NCBI GenBank assembly: GCA_013816595.1
Contig: JACDEB010000003.1
Span: 351 to 64,350, forward strand
Reading direction: 5' to 3'
DNA length: 64,000 nt
Source of the DNA: Sphingomonas sp.
GTDB taxonomy: Bacteria; Pseudomonadota; Alphaproteobacteria; Sphingomonadales; Sphingomonadaceae
A program made the translations under genes and the position numbers. The notes beneath the pieces are model-generated. The model was not told where the DNA came from, ran no database searches, and saw only the letters and a list, made by a program, of their open reading frames with translations. This document shows, piece by piece, positions 37,932-48,379 of the stretch. Positions within the stretch are counted from its first letter, which is position 1; each line of letters opens with the position of its first letter.

Positions 37932-38330
37932 ATGTCGTTTGTCTGGATCGTCGCCCTCATCGTGATCGTCGTGGTGACGGCCGCCGTTGGCCAGGGAACG
38001 AACCAGCTCGCATTGCTCTCGACATGGATCTTCTTCCCAGCGGCCATCACTCTGTATTTTGCGCCCGGGATTGTGGCCGCTACCCGCAACCATCCCAATC
38101 GGATGCCAATTGTTCTGCTTGATTTATTCCTCGGCTGGACGGTCGTTGGCTGGATCGGCGCGCTGGTGTGGGCCTATTCTTCTACCCCTCCCTCCGTCGC
38201 ACGAGTACCGCCTCCAGGGTTGCCGGAAAGTGAAACGAAAAAGTGCCCATACTGCGCTGAGGATGTTCGCGCCTCAGCTATCAAATGTCGCCACTGTGGC
38301 TCGGAACTCGAACCGATCACTGGCGCCTGA
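37932..38330 (+). CDS. Superinfection immunity (T4 Imm-like) membrane protein with C-terminal zinc ribbon
   Basis: LYFAPGIVA..RNHPN..I.LLDLFLGWTVVGWIGALVWA plus CPYC..CRHC. Confidence 0.85.
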   Translation: MSFVWIVALIVIVVVTAAVGQGTNQLALLSTWIFFPAAITLYFAPGIVAATRNHPNRMPIVLLDLFLGWTVVGWIGALVWAYSSTPPSVARVPPPGLPESETKKCPYCAEDVRASAIKCRHCGSELEPITGA

Positions 38331-38490
38331 TATCAAAAGCGGAGGATGGGCCGGTCGTCATCTCCTCGCACGCTGCCCCAACATTAATTAGCCTGTACGG
38401 TGACTGCGCCGCATTCGGCAGAGCCCATCCTTGTCTTCAAAGCCCGCCGATCCATCACGCGTAAGCGGCCGTTCGATCAGCCTTTACGTG

Positions 38491-38520
38491 AATGTCCGCT
38501 TTCGACCCAAAGCGGACATT
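38491..38520. repeat. REP-like palindrome
   Basis: AATGTCCGCTTT-CGACCC-AAAGCGGACATT, perfect 12-bp stem. Confidence 0.7.
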
Positions 38521-39066
38521 ACGTGCTTATCCGTCCAGCGCACTGATGGCACTGTCCGAATACTTACACTCTCACCCTTTTCGGCCTGGCCCGACGGTCC
38601 ATTCAGTAGCAAGGCTCGCCTTGGTCGTCCGTCGACGAAACGGGGCTCGTTAACGACATTTTCGAACGCGATTCTCGATGTTATTCCTGCGGCCCGTGCC
38701 GCCTGTTCGAGAACGGCTTCGGCATAGGCCCAGCTCATTGGCTTAAGGCGCATTGTCCGATGGCTGGCGATGTAGATTATGACCGCTTTGCTCTCAGCAG
38801 TCATCGCCGACCACCCATCGGACCGTCGGTAGCTGATTGATCGCCCGCTTCAATCGGCGCAAAAACAACTTTCGCTCCTGTTACTGCAATGGTGACGTCA
38901 AAAATGTGATGCGTTGTCTTAAGGATCGGCCACTCGCCAACCTTCATTAGGAGTGAGGTTCGCGCGGCTAATTCAAGCCACCAACAAAGAGCTGACGTGC
39001 CAGACGCGCTCAATGGCAGGGCCCGCTGACGGCGAGCTGACGGATGATTTGGGACGGTGGTCGGGT

Positions 39067-40434
39067 CTAGGCCGTTAGAGGCAGCCGTATCTCGACGACG
39101 GTGTGATCACCGGGGACAAATCGCACGTCTCCGCCGTGCGACCTGGCCACGTGGCGAACAATGGAAAGCCCGAGGCCCGCACCGCCCCCTGTTGATGATC
39201 CTTTTTGAAAGCGCTCAAAGAGGCTCTCGTTAGCTTCCTTCGGCAAATCGCGGCCTTCGTCCGCAACAGTGATGGACGCCGTTCCGCCACGGAATGATTT
39301 GGCTTTGACCGTCACTGTGCCCAGACCGTGGATTAATGCATTTTCGATCAGATTCCGGAACATGTCGCGCAAGTCGTCCGCGCTACCGCGGGATGCCAGC
39401 GGCTCGTCGGCAACTACTTCGATTGCTCGGACTTTCGATTCCGCCAAGGGCACCACCCCGGCTGCTGCCTCACGTACCAGCCGGGCCAGGTTAACTTCGT
39501 CATCTGCAGGAACCCGGACCGCCTCCTTTCGCGCGAGGTCGAGAAGCTGCGAGACGAGGCGGCTCATCCTCGCGATATCGGTGTCAATGCTATCCCAGGC
39601 GATTTTTCGCTTTCCGAGGCGCGCTCGCTGCAATCGTAAGCTCAGGACCGTCAGCGGCGTCCTCAATTCATGTGCGGCGTTAGCGGTTATCCGCCGTTCG
39701 ATTTCATAGGATCCTGCCACTCGATCCATTGCATCGTTGAAAGCCTTGACTAGCGGCCGGATTTCTACAGGCAGCCGTTCCGCTGCAATCCGCTGATCGA
39801 GATTCAGCGGACCGATTTTTGCGGCTTCTGCCGAAGCTGCTTTGAGCGGGTCAAGGGTGCGCCGGGTGATCAGGACAATTAGAAACATGGCCAGAAGCGC
39901 AAACGGCACAAATATGAAGAGCGGCTCGATGCTTTCTTCAAGCAGACTTTCGACGAGCGCCTCGTCATCCGGACCTTGTCGCGCGACCACAACAAAGCCG
40001 CCTGTGCGTAACCGAACTGACATTGTCGGCTGTGCCTCGGGGCCAAGAAATTGAAGCTCGCCCCATGATGCCGTGCCCGATGGAATATCCGTCAAAGGCA
40101 ATGGAGATCGACCGACGAGGTTGGGCGAGACGGCGACGATCCTGTGGTGTTTACTGTAGACGGAGTAATAATAGCCGCTGTCAGTACGGTCATAAACCTT
40201 CTGCCAGTCGGGTGAGACGCGAACCTGCGGCGCACCATTTGGGCCGAGCCGTATACTTGCCACGAGCTCGCGCGCTTGCTCTTGAAGAGCGCGCGCTTTG
40301 ACGACCTCATACGAACCACGAGTATCCAAGTAAAAATAGGAGATGGTCGCTGTCGCCCCCACCACGAGAGTCAATGTCAGAGCCGCCGCAATTCTGGCGC
40401 TGAGGCTGTTAGACCAGAGGGAGCGAATGCGCAT
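39067..40434 (-). CDS. Sensor histidine kinase (HAMP-HisKA-HATPase)
   Basis: Two TMs, H-box NAAHELRTPL, NLIENA, GAGLGLSIV. Confidence 0.95.
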   Translation of the reverse strand: MRIRSLWSNSLSARIAAALTLTLVVGATATISYFYLDTRGSYEVVKARALQEQARELVASIRLGPNGAPQVRVSPDWQKVYDRTDSGYYYSVYSKHHRIVAVSPNLVGRSPLPLTDIPSGTASWGELQFLGPEAQPTMSVRLRTGGFVVVARQGPDDEALVESLLEESIEPLFIFVPFALLAMFLIVLITRRTLDPLKAASAEAAKIGPLNLDQRIAAERLPVEIRPLVKAFNDAMDRVAGSYEIERRITANAAHELRTPLTVLSLRLQRARLGKRKIAWDSIDTDIARMSRLVSQLLDLARKEAVRVPADDEVNLARLVREAAAGVVPLAESKVRAIEVVADEPLASRGSADDLRDMFRNLIENALIHGLGTVTVKAKSFRGGTASITVADEGRDLPKEANESLFERFQKGSSTGGGAGLGLSIVRHVARSHGGDVRFVPGDHTVVEIRLPLTA

Positions 40435-40443
40435 TGCTCACCA

Positions 40444-41118
40444 TTAGCTGGATATCAGGCGATAGCCGATTCCCCTTATGGTTTCGATCGCAACCAACCC
40501 TCCAGCTGCTTGCAGTCTCCGACGCAACCGGGATACTAGCGCCTCTAGCGCATTTGGAGTGACCGGCTCACGGAACGCGTAGAGTCTCTCTTCCAGCGCT
40601 TCTCTTACGACCGTGCGCTCGCACGCCCGCAGCAATTCTTCGAGAAGTGCCCCCTCACGACGCGATAAGGTCAGCTCGCGCCCGGAAACATCAGCCGTGC
40701 GTGAAATCACATCAAAGGACAGATCCCCACAGGTCATTCGGTTTTCCCGCCGCCGACCTGGTCGCCTAAGCACTGCTCTGAGTCGCGCCTCCAATTCAAG
40801 CAGATCGAATGGTTTGAGGATGAAATCGTCTGCTCCCGCATTGAGCAAGGACAACCGATCGTTCAAAGCATCTCGCGCTGTGAAAATCACGATGGGGAGC
40901 TCGCTCCGTGTGAGCATTCGCGCTTCGGTCAGTAGGTGCTCGCCGGAACCGTCCGGCAAGTTTAAATCGAGCAATAGCAGATCGTACTGGCTCAATCGCA
41001 GCGCGGCGAGCGCCTCATCGGCGCGGCCCACCGCATCGAGGGTATACCCGGCGGTTTCGAGGTGCTCGGCCACCAAGTCCCTGAGCGGAACGTCATCTTC
41101 GACAATTAAGAGCTTCAT
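40444..41118 (-). CDS. OmpR-family response regulator
   Basis: MKLLIVEDD, LLDLNLPDGSG, GADDFILKPF, IETIRGIGY; ATG at 41118. Confidence 0.95.
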   Translation of the reverse strand: MKLLIVEDDVPLRDLVAEHLETAGYTLDAVGRADEALAALRLSQYDLLLLDLNLPDGSGEHLLTEARMLTRSELPIVIFTARDALNDRLSLLNAGADDFILKPFDLLELEARLRAVLRRPGRRRENRMTCGDLSFDVISRTADVSGRELTLSRREGALLEELLRACERTVVREALEERLYAFREPVTPNALEALVSRLRRRLQAAGGLVAIETIRGIGYRLISS

Positions 41119-41146
41119 CGCGCCCCACCGACATAGGCTCCATTTG

Positions 41147-41192
41147 CTGACGCAAGTCTGACAATTTCCACGAATCGTCAGAATTTCGTCAG
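41147..41192. promoter_or_regulatory. Back-to-back OmpR-type tandem boxes
   Basis: CTGAC-N6-CTGAC (41147-41162) and GTCAG-N6-GTCAG (41177-41192) between the divergent regulator and TolC genes. Confidence 0.7.
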
Positions 41193-41257
41193 AGTGTCTG
41201 AATATCGACATTGCTATGGCATATTGCGGTAGACTGCGTCTTCGAGAGGATTTTGTT

Positions 41258-42595
41258 GTGACCAGCCGTCTCATCGCGCGCGTTTGTGGGCCTGCAATGA
41301 TGTGCTTTTGGGCACCCGGTGCTTGGGCGCAGCTCAGCACGCCTGCGACTCCTGTTGTTGGCTTGCGTACCCGGGCGGAAGACGCTCAGTCTCCCCAACA
41401 ACCTCCACGTCTTTTGAATCTGCCGCTTCTGACGCCGCGAGAGGACCAGTTGCCGGTGTCCTTGACGCTGGAACAAGCGCTGGGTGAAGCGGAAGCGCGC
41501 TCACCCGCAGTCATTGCCGCTCAGGCGCGGGTCGAGGCGGCAAAGGCACGCGTACGGCAGGCAGGAGTCCGGTCCAATCCCGAACTTAGCATCCAGGTCG
41601 AAAACTTCGGCGGCACCGGGCAAATCTCTGGAATTCGAAGTGCGGAAACGACCGTCGCCATCAATCAATCGCTGGATTTTGGCGGTCGCCGCCAGACGCG
41701 AAAGACCGCGGCCAGAGCGGATCTGGCAGCCGAGGAGTTGCGCCTGGCGATAGCGCGCGCAGACCTCGCCCAAGCCGTGCGCGAACAGTTTGCCAAGGCC
41801 GTAACCGCTGCTGAAAAGTTTCGGATTTCAACGGAGAACGATGCTCTGGCGCGGGAGATTGCGCGCATCACATCGATCCTTGTGAAGGAAGGGCGCGAGG
41901 CGCCGTTGCGCGCGATCCGCGCTCGGTCCGCAGCCGCGCAAGCGGCAGCTGAACTTGAGGCCGCACGCGCTGAGGAGCAAGCGTCGCGCAACACCTTCGC
42001 CTCTCTGTTCGGCGCGACAGTTCCGCCGAAAGATCTTCAAGGGGGATTACTTGACCTCAGGCCCCACGCAGTAAATCCCGAACAAAGCCTCGATGTCCGG
42101 CTCGCGGACGCCCAACGATTGCGCGCAGAAGCGGAGGTCGCTCAGGAGAGCTCCGTTGCTCGGCTGAACCCGGCGGTTGGCCTGGGCGTTCGGCACATGC
42201 AGGACACGGGGAACGTAGGGCTGGTGGCGGGAGTCTCAATGGCCTTGCCCCTGTTCGACAGGAACAGAGGAAATATTGCCGCAGCGAAGGCGGACTTGCG
42301 CGCCGCCGAAGCCAATTTCGCCAGCGTCGCCGCATCGGCTAGGGTCAGAGCGCGAAACGCAATCACCAACGTAGAGGCGGCTGGGGCGCGCGTGGCGGCG
42401 CTCGAGAAGTCTGCAGTTCCGGAAGCCGCTGAAGCACTCCGGCTGGCCCAACTGTCCTATGCCGAGGGCCGAGCTACTCTGCTCGAGCTGTTCGATGCAC
42501 AGAATGCCTATCGTGATGTACAGTCTGCGCTCGTCGAAGCGCGTCTCGCGCAGGCGCTGGCCACAGCCGAGCTCGGGCGGGCAAGCGCACAATGA
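41258..42595 (+). CDS. czcC: TolC / CzcC-family outer membrane factor
   Basis: NPEL..VENFGG, LPLFDRNRG, YAEG..LLELFDAQ; GTG start after GAGAGG. Confidence 0.88.
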   Translation: MTSRLIARVCGPAMMCFWAPGAWAQLSTPATPVVGLRTRAEDAQSPQQPPRLLNLPLLTPREDQLPVSLTLEQALGEAEARSPAVIAAQARVEAAKARVRQAGVRSNPELSIQVENFGGTGQISGIRSAETTVAINQSLDFGGRRQTRKTAARADLAAEELRLAIARADLAQAVREQFAKAVTAAEKFRISTENDALAREIARITSILVKEGREAPLRAIRARSAAAQAAAELEAARAEEQASRNTFASLFGATVPPKDLQGGLLDLRPHAVNPEQSLDVRLADAQRLRAEAEVAQESSVARLNPAVGLGVRHMQDTGNVGLVAGVSMALPLFDRNRGNIAAAKADLRAAEANFASVAASARVRARNAITNVEAAGARVAALEKSAVPEAAEALRLAQLSYAEGRATLLELFDAQNAYRDVQSALVEARLAQALATAELGRASAQ

Positions 42596-43779
42596 ACCGC
42601 CAGTATCTCGAAGTGGTAATGGTTAAGCATGAACGCCGGACGCTGGCGACGATCATCGCACTTCTCGCAGTATTGGCGTTGCTCGTCGGCCTGGCGATCG
42701 GGCGATCCTCGGCGCCGACTCAACCATCCAAAGCTGCCGCCGAGGCGGAGCCACGGCCATCCGTTCCTGGGTTTGTTGCGATGACGCCCGCGGCCCTCGC
42801 CGCCACCGAAATCCGGCTGGAGACAGTGAGCGAAGGTTCACTGGGGGCTGAGATCGTATCGCAGGCAACCGTTACGGCGCCCCCCGACGGTTCGGCCCTG
42901 CTTGCAGCGCGAGCTGACGGCGCGGTCGCCCGCATTGCAAAGGGGCTGGGTGATCCCGTTCGTGTCGGTGAGACCGTCGCCCTGCTCGAAAGCCGTGAAG
43001 CGGCTGCGTTCGTAGCGGAACGCAATGCCGCTGCCGCCCGCGCTCTGGCCGCACGCGCGGTCGCCGCTCGCGAGCGCCGGTTGTATATTGAGCGGATCAC
43101 CGCGCGCCAGGATCTCGAAGCCGCGGATTCGGCCCGCGCGCAGGCGGAGGCCGAGCTCCAAAGGGCTAATGCGGCCGTCGCTACGGCGGGTGTGACCGGC
43201 AACGGACGTTATATTGCCGTGCGAAGTCCGATCGGTGGCCGCATCACGAAGTCCACCGTCCAGCTCGGCGCCTACGTCACCGCGGGTGCCGAGCTATTCC
43301 AGGTATCTGATCCGCGCCGTATCCAAGTCGAGGCCGCGGTCCCCGCCCTTGACGCGCAGCGGATCGTCCCGGGCGACCCGGCCGTCATCGAGCTGCCAGG
43401 CGGTGGTCAGCTCGGTGCGCTCGTGCGGTCAATCACACCTTCGCTAAACCTCGAAAGCCGTGCGGCCACGATCGTCTTGCAACCCTCCGGCACACCAGTC
43501 GGTTTGACGCAGGGTCTGTCGTTACGTGTCCGCATTACACCCCGAGGCAGCGTAACCACCGGGATCGTGCTCCCGGAAGAAGCTGTGCAGCAGGTCGCGG
43601 GGCGCGATGTCGTCTTTATCAAAGTCCGCAGAGGATTTCAGGCGATTCCGGTGACGGTGGGCAGCCGGAGTGCCGGGCGCGTGCAGATCGTTGAAGGCCT
43701 TCGTTCCGGATTGATTGTAGCCACATCAGGCGCGTTCGCGCTGAAATCGCAGCTTGGGTCCGGCGAGGTGGAGGGTTGA
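42592..43779 (+). CDS. czcB: RND membrane fusion protein (CzcB-like)
   Basis: TM anchor, lipoyl-like LGDPVRVGE / VRSPIGGRI..GAYV, coiled coil. Confidence 0.88.
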   Translation: MNRQYLEVVMVKHERRTLATIIALLAVLALLVGLAIGRSSAPTQPSKAAAEAEPRPSVPGFVAMTPAALAATEIRLETVSEGSLGAEIVSQATVTAPPDGSALLAARADGAVARIAKGLGDPVRVGETVALLESREAAAFVAERNAAAARALAARAVAARERRLYIERITARQDLEAADSARAQAEAELQRANAAVATAGVTGNGRYIAVRSPIGGRITKSTVQLGAYVTAGAELFQVSDPRRIQVEAAVPALDAQRIVPGDPAVIELPGGGQLGALVRSITPSLNLESRAATIVLQPSGTPVGLTQGLSLRVRITPRGSVTTGIVLPEEAVQQVAGRDVVFIKVRRGFQAIPVTVGSRSAGRVQIVEGLRSGLIVATSGAFALKSQLGSGEVEG

Positions 43780-43849
43780 AGCCTTCTCGAACGCTTGCAA
43801 TGCGAAACAGGAATGGGATCCTGAAAATTGTTCGTGAGGACGACGCCGG

Positions 43850-46800
43850 ATGATCGACCGCTTGCTCGATATGGCGGTGCGGTTACGGTGGGCCGTCCTG
43901 GCAATTACCTTGCTGCTCGCCGCCTACGGTGCCTATCAGCTTGTCCGTGTGCCGATCGACGCGGTGCCCGACATTACTAACAAGCAAGTGCAGGTGAACA
44001 CGAGTGCGCCCGCCTTTGGCCCGCTCGATATTGAGCGGCTGATTACATTCCCGACCGAGACTGCCCTCGCTGGCATCCCAGGCCTCACGCAGACGCGATC
44101 GATTTCCCGCAACGGATTCAGCCAGGTCACCGCCATCTTCCGCGATGACGTGGACCTTTATTTCGCACGGCAGCAGGTCGCGGAACGGTTGAACCAAGGG
44201 CGCGAAACCCTGCCCGCCGGAGTCGAGCCACAAATGGGTCCAGTGTCGACCGGACTTGGCGAAGTGCTGATGTGGTCGGTGGATTACGCGCCGGCCGGCA
44301 CCAAGCAGAATCCCCGGATCGCGGGCCGTCCGGGCTTTCAACCCGACGGATCCTTCCTGACGCCAGAGGGAGAGCGACTCAGCGACGACATCGCCAAATT
44401 GGCTTACCTGCGCACGATCGAGGACTGGGTGATTCGTCCCCAACTCCGCACGGTCGAGGGCGTCGCCGGCGTCGATTCGATTGGCGGCTACCAAAAGCAG
44501 TTCGTGGTCGAGCCGGACCCCGCCCGGCTGGCAGCCTATAACATCTCCTTTGCTGATCTAGCGACTGCGCTGGAGAACGCCAATGTTTCGGTCGGTGGCA
44601 ATTTCGTCGAACGCGCCGGCGAGGCGTTTCTGGTCAAGGCTGATTCACGAATCCGCCGGATTGATGAGATCGCGCGGGCAGCTGTCACACTGCGCGGCGG
44701 CAACCCGGTTACCGTGGCCGACATCGCAAGCGTGCGGGTTGGCGGGGAGTTGCGGACGGGCGGGGCCTCCATCGGTGGGCATGAGACCGTCATCGGTACG
44801 GTGCTGATGCTTGCCGGCGGCAACAGCCGGATTGTCGCCAAGGATGCAGCCGAACGATTGCGCGGTGCGTCGCGATCGCTGCCGCCAGGCGTCAAGGTGA
44901 CGATCGTCTATGATCGCTCAACGCTGGTGGATGCGACCATCAGCACGGTCCAGAAGAACCTCGCAGAAGGCGCCTTGCTCGTGACCGCCATGTTGTTTTG
45001 GCTCCTCGGGAATATCCGCGCCGCAATAATCGCTGCGCTCGTCATCCCTCTGTCTTTCCTGATGATGGCGACCGGCATGAACCAGTTCGGGATATCGGGC
45101 AATCTCATGAGTCTCGGCGCGCTTGACTTCGGGCTGATCGTCGACGGCTCGATCATCATCATCGAGAACTGCCTCGGCCGGCTTTCACTGCGCCAGCACG
45201 CCGTTGGGCGCACCCTGAAGCTTCCCGAACGATTGCACGAAGTATTAGAAGCGTCGCGGGAAATGGTTAGGCCCACGATCTTCGGCCAGGCCATCATCCT
45301 GCTCGTCTTCGTTCCTCTACTCACGTTCACGGGCGTAGAAGGCAAGATGTTCACGCCGATGGCAACTACGCTGATGCTCGCGCTGATCGGCGCATTCGCC
45401 CTTTCGCTCACTTTCGTTCCCGCGATGGTTGCAATTCTTATCCAGGGCAGGGTCGCGGAAAAGGAAGTCAGGGCGATCGAATGGACAAAGAAACACTATG
45501 AACCCCTCCTGGGCAAGGTGATCGCGAAACCATGGCCATTAATTGGGGCGGGGATCGGGACGTTCGTTGTTGCCCTCCTCATCTTTCTGACACTTGGACG
45601 CGAATTCATTCCAACCCTCAACGAGGGCGACATTGGCGGCCAGATCGTTTCCGTCCCTTCGACCAGCCTGCCCGAAAAAATGCGGATGGAAATGCAGGCA
45701 GAGCGGCTCATTTCGCAAATGCCGGAAGTCGCGTTCGCCTATTCGAAGACCGGCACGACCGAAGTCGGGAGCGACCCGCAGGGCCTCAATAACTCCGACA
45801 TTTTCATCATCATGAAGCCTCGTTCCCAGTGGCCGGACGGATCGGTCACTAAGGATCAGATTATCCGCAAAGTTGAAGATCGGGTCGAGGTGCTGATCGG
45901 AAACGCCTATGATTTCTCGCAGCCGATCCAGAACCGGTTCGAGGAGCTCCTCGCGGGCGTACGCGGTGCAGTTGCCGTCAAAGTGTTCGGCAGCGATCTT
46001 GGGCAATTAAACCGCATTGCGCAGCAAATTTCGGGCGTGATAACGGCGGTTCCCGGAAGCGCAGACGTCCGGGTCGAACAGATCGCAGGCTCCCCTACGC
46101 TCGACGTTCAGCTAGATCGAAACGCGATCGCCACATACGGCCTTTCCGTCGCGGACGTGAGCGATACGATCGGCGCGGCGCTGGGAGGCCGCGAGGCCGG
46201 TCTCGTGTTTGAAGGCGAACGCCGCTTCCCAATTGCCGTGCGAATGCCGAGTGCGACGCGCAACGATCTGGACTCGATTGGCGCTTTGCCGGTGATGCTT
46301 CCGGAATTTGGCGCGGGCCCCCGACTGTCGGTGCCGCTGCGCCAGTTGGCCCATTTCCAGATTTCCACTGGGCTGAACCAGGTCAGCCGGGAAAATGGTC
46401 AGCGAAGGGTGGTCGTCCAGGCCAATGTCCGGGGCCGGGACCTCGGATCGTTTGTGACTGAGTCGCAGGCGAACGTTGAGCGACGGGTCAAGCTGCCGCC
46501 CGGTGTCACGATCACGTGGGGCGGCCAATATGAAAACCTTCAGGCCGCGTCCGCGCGCCTGTCGATTGTCATCCCGATCGTCTTGGCGCTGATCTTCGGA
46601 ATATTGTTTCTGGCACTCCGGGGTGTGACGCCGGCTCTCGCGGTCTATTCCGCGGTTCCCCTTGGGCTTGCCGGAGGGATTTTCGGGCTGGCGATTGCAC
46701 GGCTCCCATTCTCCATCTCAGCAGCAGTCGGCCTGATCGTCCTGTCCGGCGTCACTGTCCTCAATGGACTCGTCGTCATGACCAGCATCGAACAACGAAT

Positions 46801-47107
46801 ATCGGCGGGAGTGGCAGTTGACCAAGCAATACAGGAGGGAATGATGGACCGTGTGCGGGCCGTGCTCATCACGGGTATCGTACCCGCCGTCGGGTTCATC
46901 CCGATGGCCATTGCGACCGGGCGTGGAGCAGAAGTTCAAAAGCCCCTTGCAGTAGTGGTGATCGCCGGGCTCGTCGTCTCAACCTTGCTGACGCTGTTTG
47001 TCTTGCCCGCCCTAAGTCAGTTGCTGATTCGTGCGCAGGCGAAGCGCCATATGCCGGGCGATTACGACCTCGAAATGGCCGCCGACATCGCCTCATCCGC
47101 GCCGTGA
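43850..47107 (+). CDS. czcA: CusA/CzcA heavy-metal efflux RND transporter
   Basis: IDAVPDITNKQVQ, GPVSTGLGE, NLMSLGALDFGLIVDG..IIEN, GAEVQKPLA. Confidence 0.93.
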   Translation: MIDRLLDMAVRLRWAVLAITLLLAAYGAYQLVRVPIDAVPDITNKQVQVNTSAPAFGPLDIERLITFPTETALAGIPGLTQTRSISRNGFSQVTAIFRDDVDLYFARQQVAERLNQGRETLPAGVEPQMGPVSTGLGEVLMWSVDYAPAGTKQNPRIAGRPGFQPDGSFLTPEGERLSDDIAKLAYLRTIEDWVIRPQLRTVEGVAGVDSIGGYQKQFVVEPDPARLAAYNISFADLATALENANVSVGGNFVERAGEAFLVKADSRIRRIDEIARAAVTLRGGNPVTVADIASVRVGGELRTGGASIGGHETVIGTVLMLAGGNSRIVAKDAAERLRGASRSLPPGVKVTIVYDRSTLVDATISTVQKNLAEGALLVTAMLFWLLGNIRAAIIAALVIPLSFLMMATGMNQFGISGNLMSLGALDFGLIVDGSIIIIENCLGRLSLRQHAVGRTLKLPERLHEVLEASREMVRPTIFGQAIILLVFVPLLTFTGVEGKMFTPMATTLMLALIGAFALSLTFVPAMVAILIQGRVAEKEVRAIEWTKKHYEPLLGKVIAKPWPLIGAGIGTFVVALLIFLTLGREFIPTLNEGDIGGQIVSVPSTSLPEKMRMEMQAERLISQMPEVAFAYSKTGTTEVGSDPQGLNNSDIFIIMKPRSQWPDGSVTKDQIIRKVEDRVEVLIGNAYDFSQPIQNRFEELLAGVRGAVAVKVFGSDLGQLNRIAQQISGVITAVPGSADVRVEQIAGSPTLDVQLDRNAIATYGLSVADVSDTIGAALGGREAGLVFEGERRFPIAVRMPSATRNDLDSIGALPVMLPEFGAGPRLSVPLRQLAHFQISTGLNQVSRENGQRRVVVQANVRGRDLGSFVTESQANVERRVKLPPGVTITWGGQYENLQAASARLSIVIPIVLALIFGILFLALRGVTPALAVYSAVPLGLAGGIFGLAIARLPFSISAAVGLIVLSGVTVLNGLVVMTSIEQRISAGVAVDQAIQEGMMDRVRAVLITGIVPAVGFIPMAIATGRGAEVQKPLAVVVIAGLVVSTLLTLFVLPALSQLLIRAQAKRHMPGDYDLEMAADIASSAP

Positions 47108-47184
47108 CACCTTGGTCGGCGCATGGCGGCCAGCGGGATTCGTCGGCGTGGCAGCCGAAGTAGAACCTCGCCAACTCTCTAACT

Positions 47185-48189
47185 CTAGACCTTCGCCATT
47201 GGTTGGAAGGTCGGCAAGGGATCGAAATGGCGTGTCAGCGAACTACCGAGCTGTGCCACCAGCCTCAGCAAATAGTAGGTCAGAGCTACCAACAAAGCGA
47301 AGGGCCGCTCCCAAACGGGCATTTCGACAGCCTCCGCGCGAAACAGAATTCGGTACCAAGCCCGGGTAAGACTCTTCGCCAAATCGACGAACGCGTATGC
47401 GAACCTTCCGAGTGAATGACTGGTTCGGGTGTGAAAAGCTAGAAAATCAGCATCCAAACCGGCGGTCCAGGCGCGCCATACTAGAAACTTCACACCCGGG
47501 TGCGGAGCATGGATGGCCATCGCCTTTGACGTCCTGACGAACCGGTGGCCCTCGGAACGGATCGCGCGCAACCATATCACACATTGTTTTTTGTATGCTT
47601 GCAGATCGGGAAAGGGATGAGCACGGAAGAACTCCGTTCGTACCGCGAAATTATTGACGTGAATGGCCTTTCGCCGCTCCGTCGCCTCACCCTCCCCAAC
47701 GAGATCGAAGATCCAGCTCAGCGCCATGGCGCGGGACAGGAAATCGTCATGACCGAGCATAGTGAAGCCGCCGACGGCCATGACTTCGGGATCATCGAAC
47801 GGCGCTATGATTGCTTCAAGCCACCCCGGCTGGGGCACGGCATCGCTGTCAATCATAACCGACAATTCGGTGCCGGCACGCGCGACACCGTAATTTTTCA
47901 GCTGGTAATAAGTCAATCCGTCGGTGGCGGTGAGGATCAAGTCCGCGAGTTCGGGCAGCCGCGGCGCGGCTTCCTCGATGGTTACCTCGATCGCCTTCGG
48001 CGACACGCTGTGGCGATCATAGAGGTACATGACACGCGGACGCCGCGGCAGGCGCGGCCCGACTTCGGCCAGCTCTCGGGCAAGGCCATCCATCGCCATG
48101 CGGGTCCATTGGTCCGGCACGTCGATCGCATTTTCCCATTCGACAATAATCGTCACGTCCGGGAGGGCCGCGGAAGCTCCCACTATCAT
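47185..48189 (-). CDS. Glycosyltransferase family 2-like protein
   Basis: KNYGVARA..MIDSDAVP.PGWL (DxD), GT-A layout. Confidence 0.78.
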   Translation of the reverse strand: MIVGASAALPDVTIIVEWENAIDVPDQWTRMAMDGLARELAEVGPRLPRRPRVMYLYDRHSVSPKAIEVTIEEAAPRLPELADLILTATDGLTYYQLKNYGVARAGTELSVMIDSDAVPQPGWLEAIIAPFDDPEVMAVGGFTMLGHDDFLSRAMALSWIFDLVGEGEATERRKAIHVNNFAVRTEFFRAHPFPDLQAYKKQCVIWLRAIRSEGHRFVRTSKAMAIHAPHPGVKFLVWRAWTAGLDADFLAFHTRTSHSLGRFAYAFVDLAKSLTRAWYRILFRAEAVEMPVWERPFALLVALTYYLLRLVAQLGSSLTRHFDPLPTFQPMAKV

Positions 48190-48379
48190 TCAAGATCCTT
48201 CGCCGGTTCAATGTGAAACAGGGTCGTTCAGTTTCGCCAGTGCGCGCCCCCAACGCCTAGTCCTGCTAAACCCGTTAACCCGAGTTCGCGGCCAACATCA
48301 GGCCGCAGCGCCAAAAGACATTGAGAATACTTAATGTGAGAAGGTTGCCGAAACTGTCCAGCTGGTTCAGGGAAGCTGC

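Noticed and set aside
33972-38330. Intact prophage
   Set aside because: No portal, capsid, tail, lysis or integrase genes
38431-39013. Short ORFs 38484-38804 and 38801-39013
   Set aside because: No recognisable motifs and one overlaps a REP-like palindrome; may be a decayed gene but unsupported
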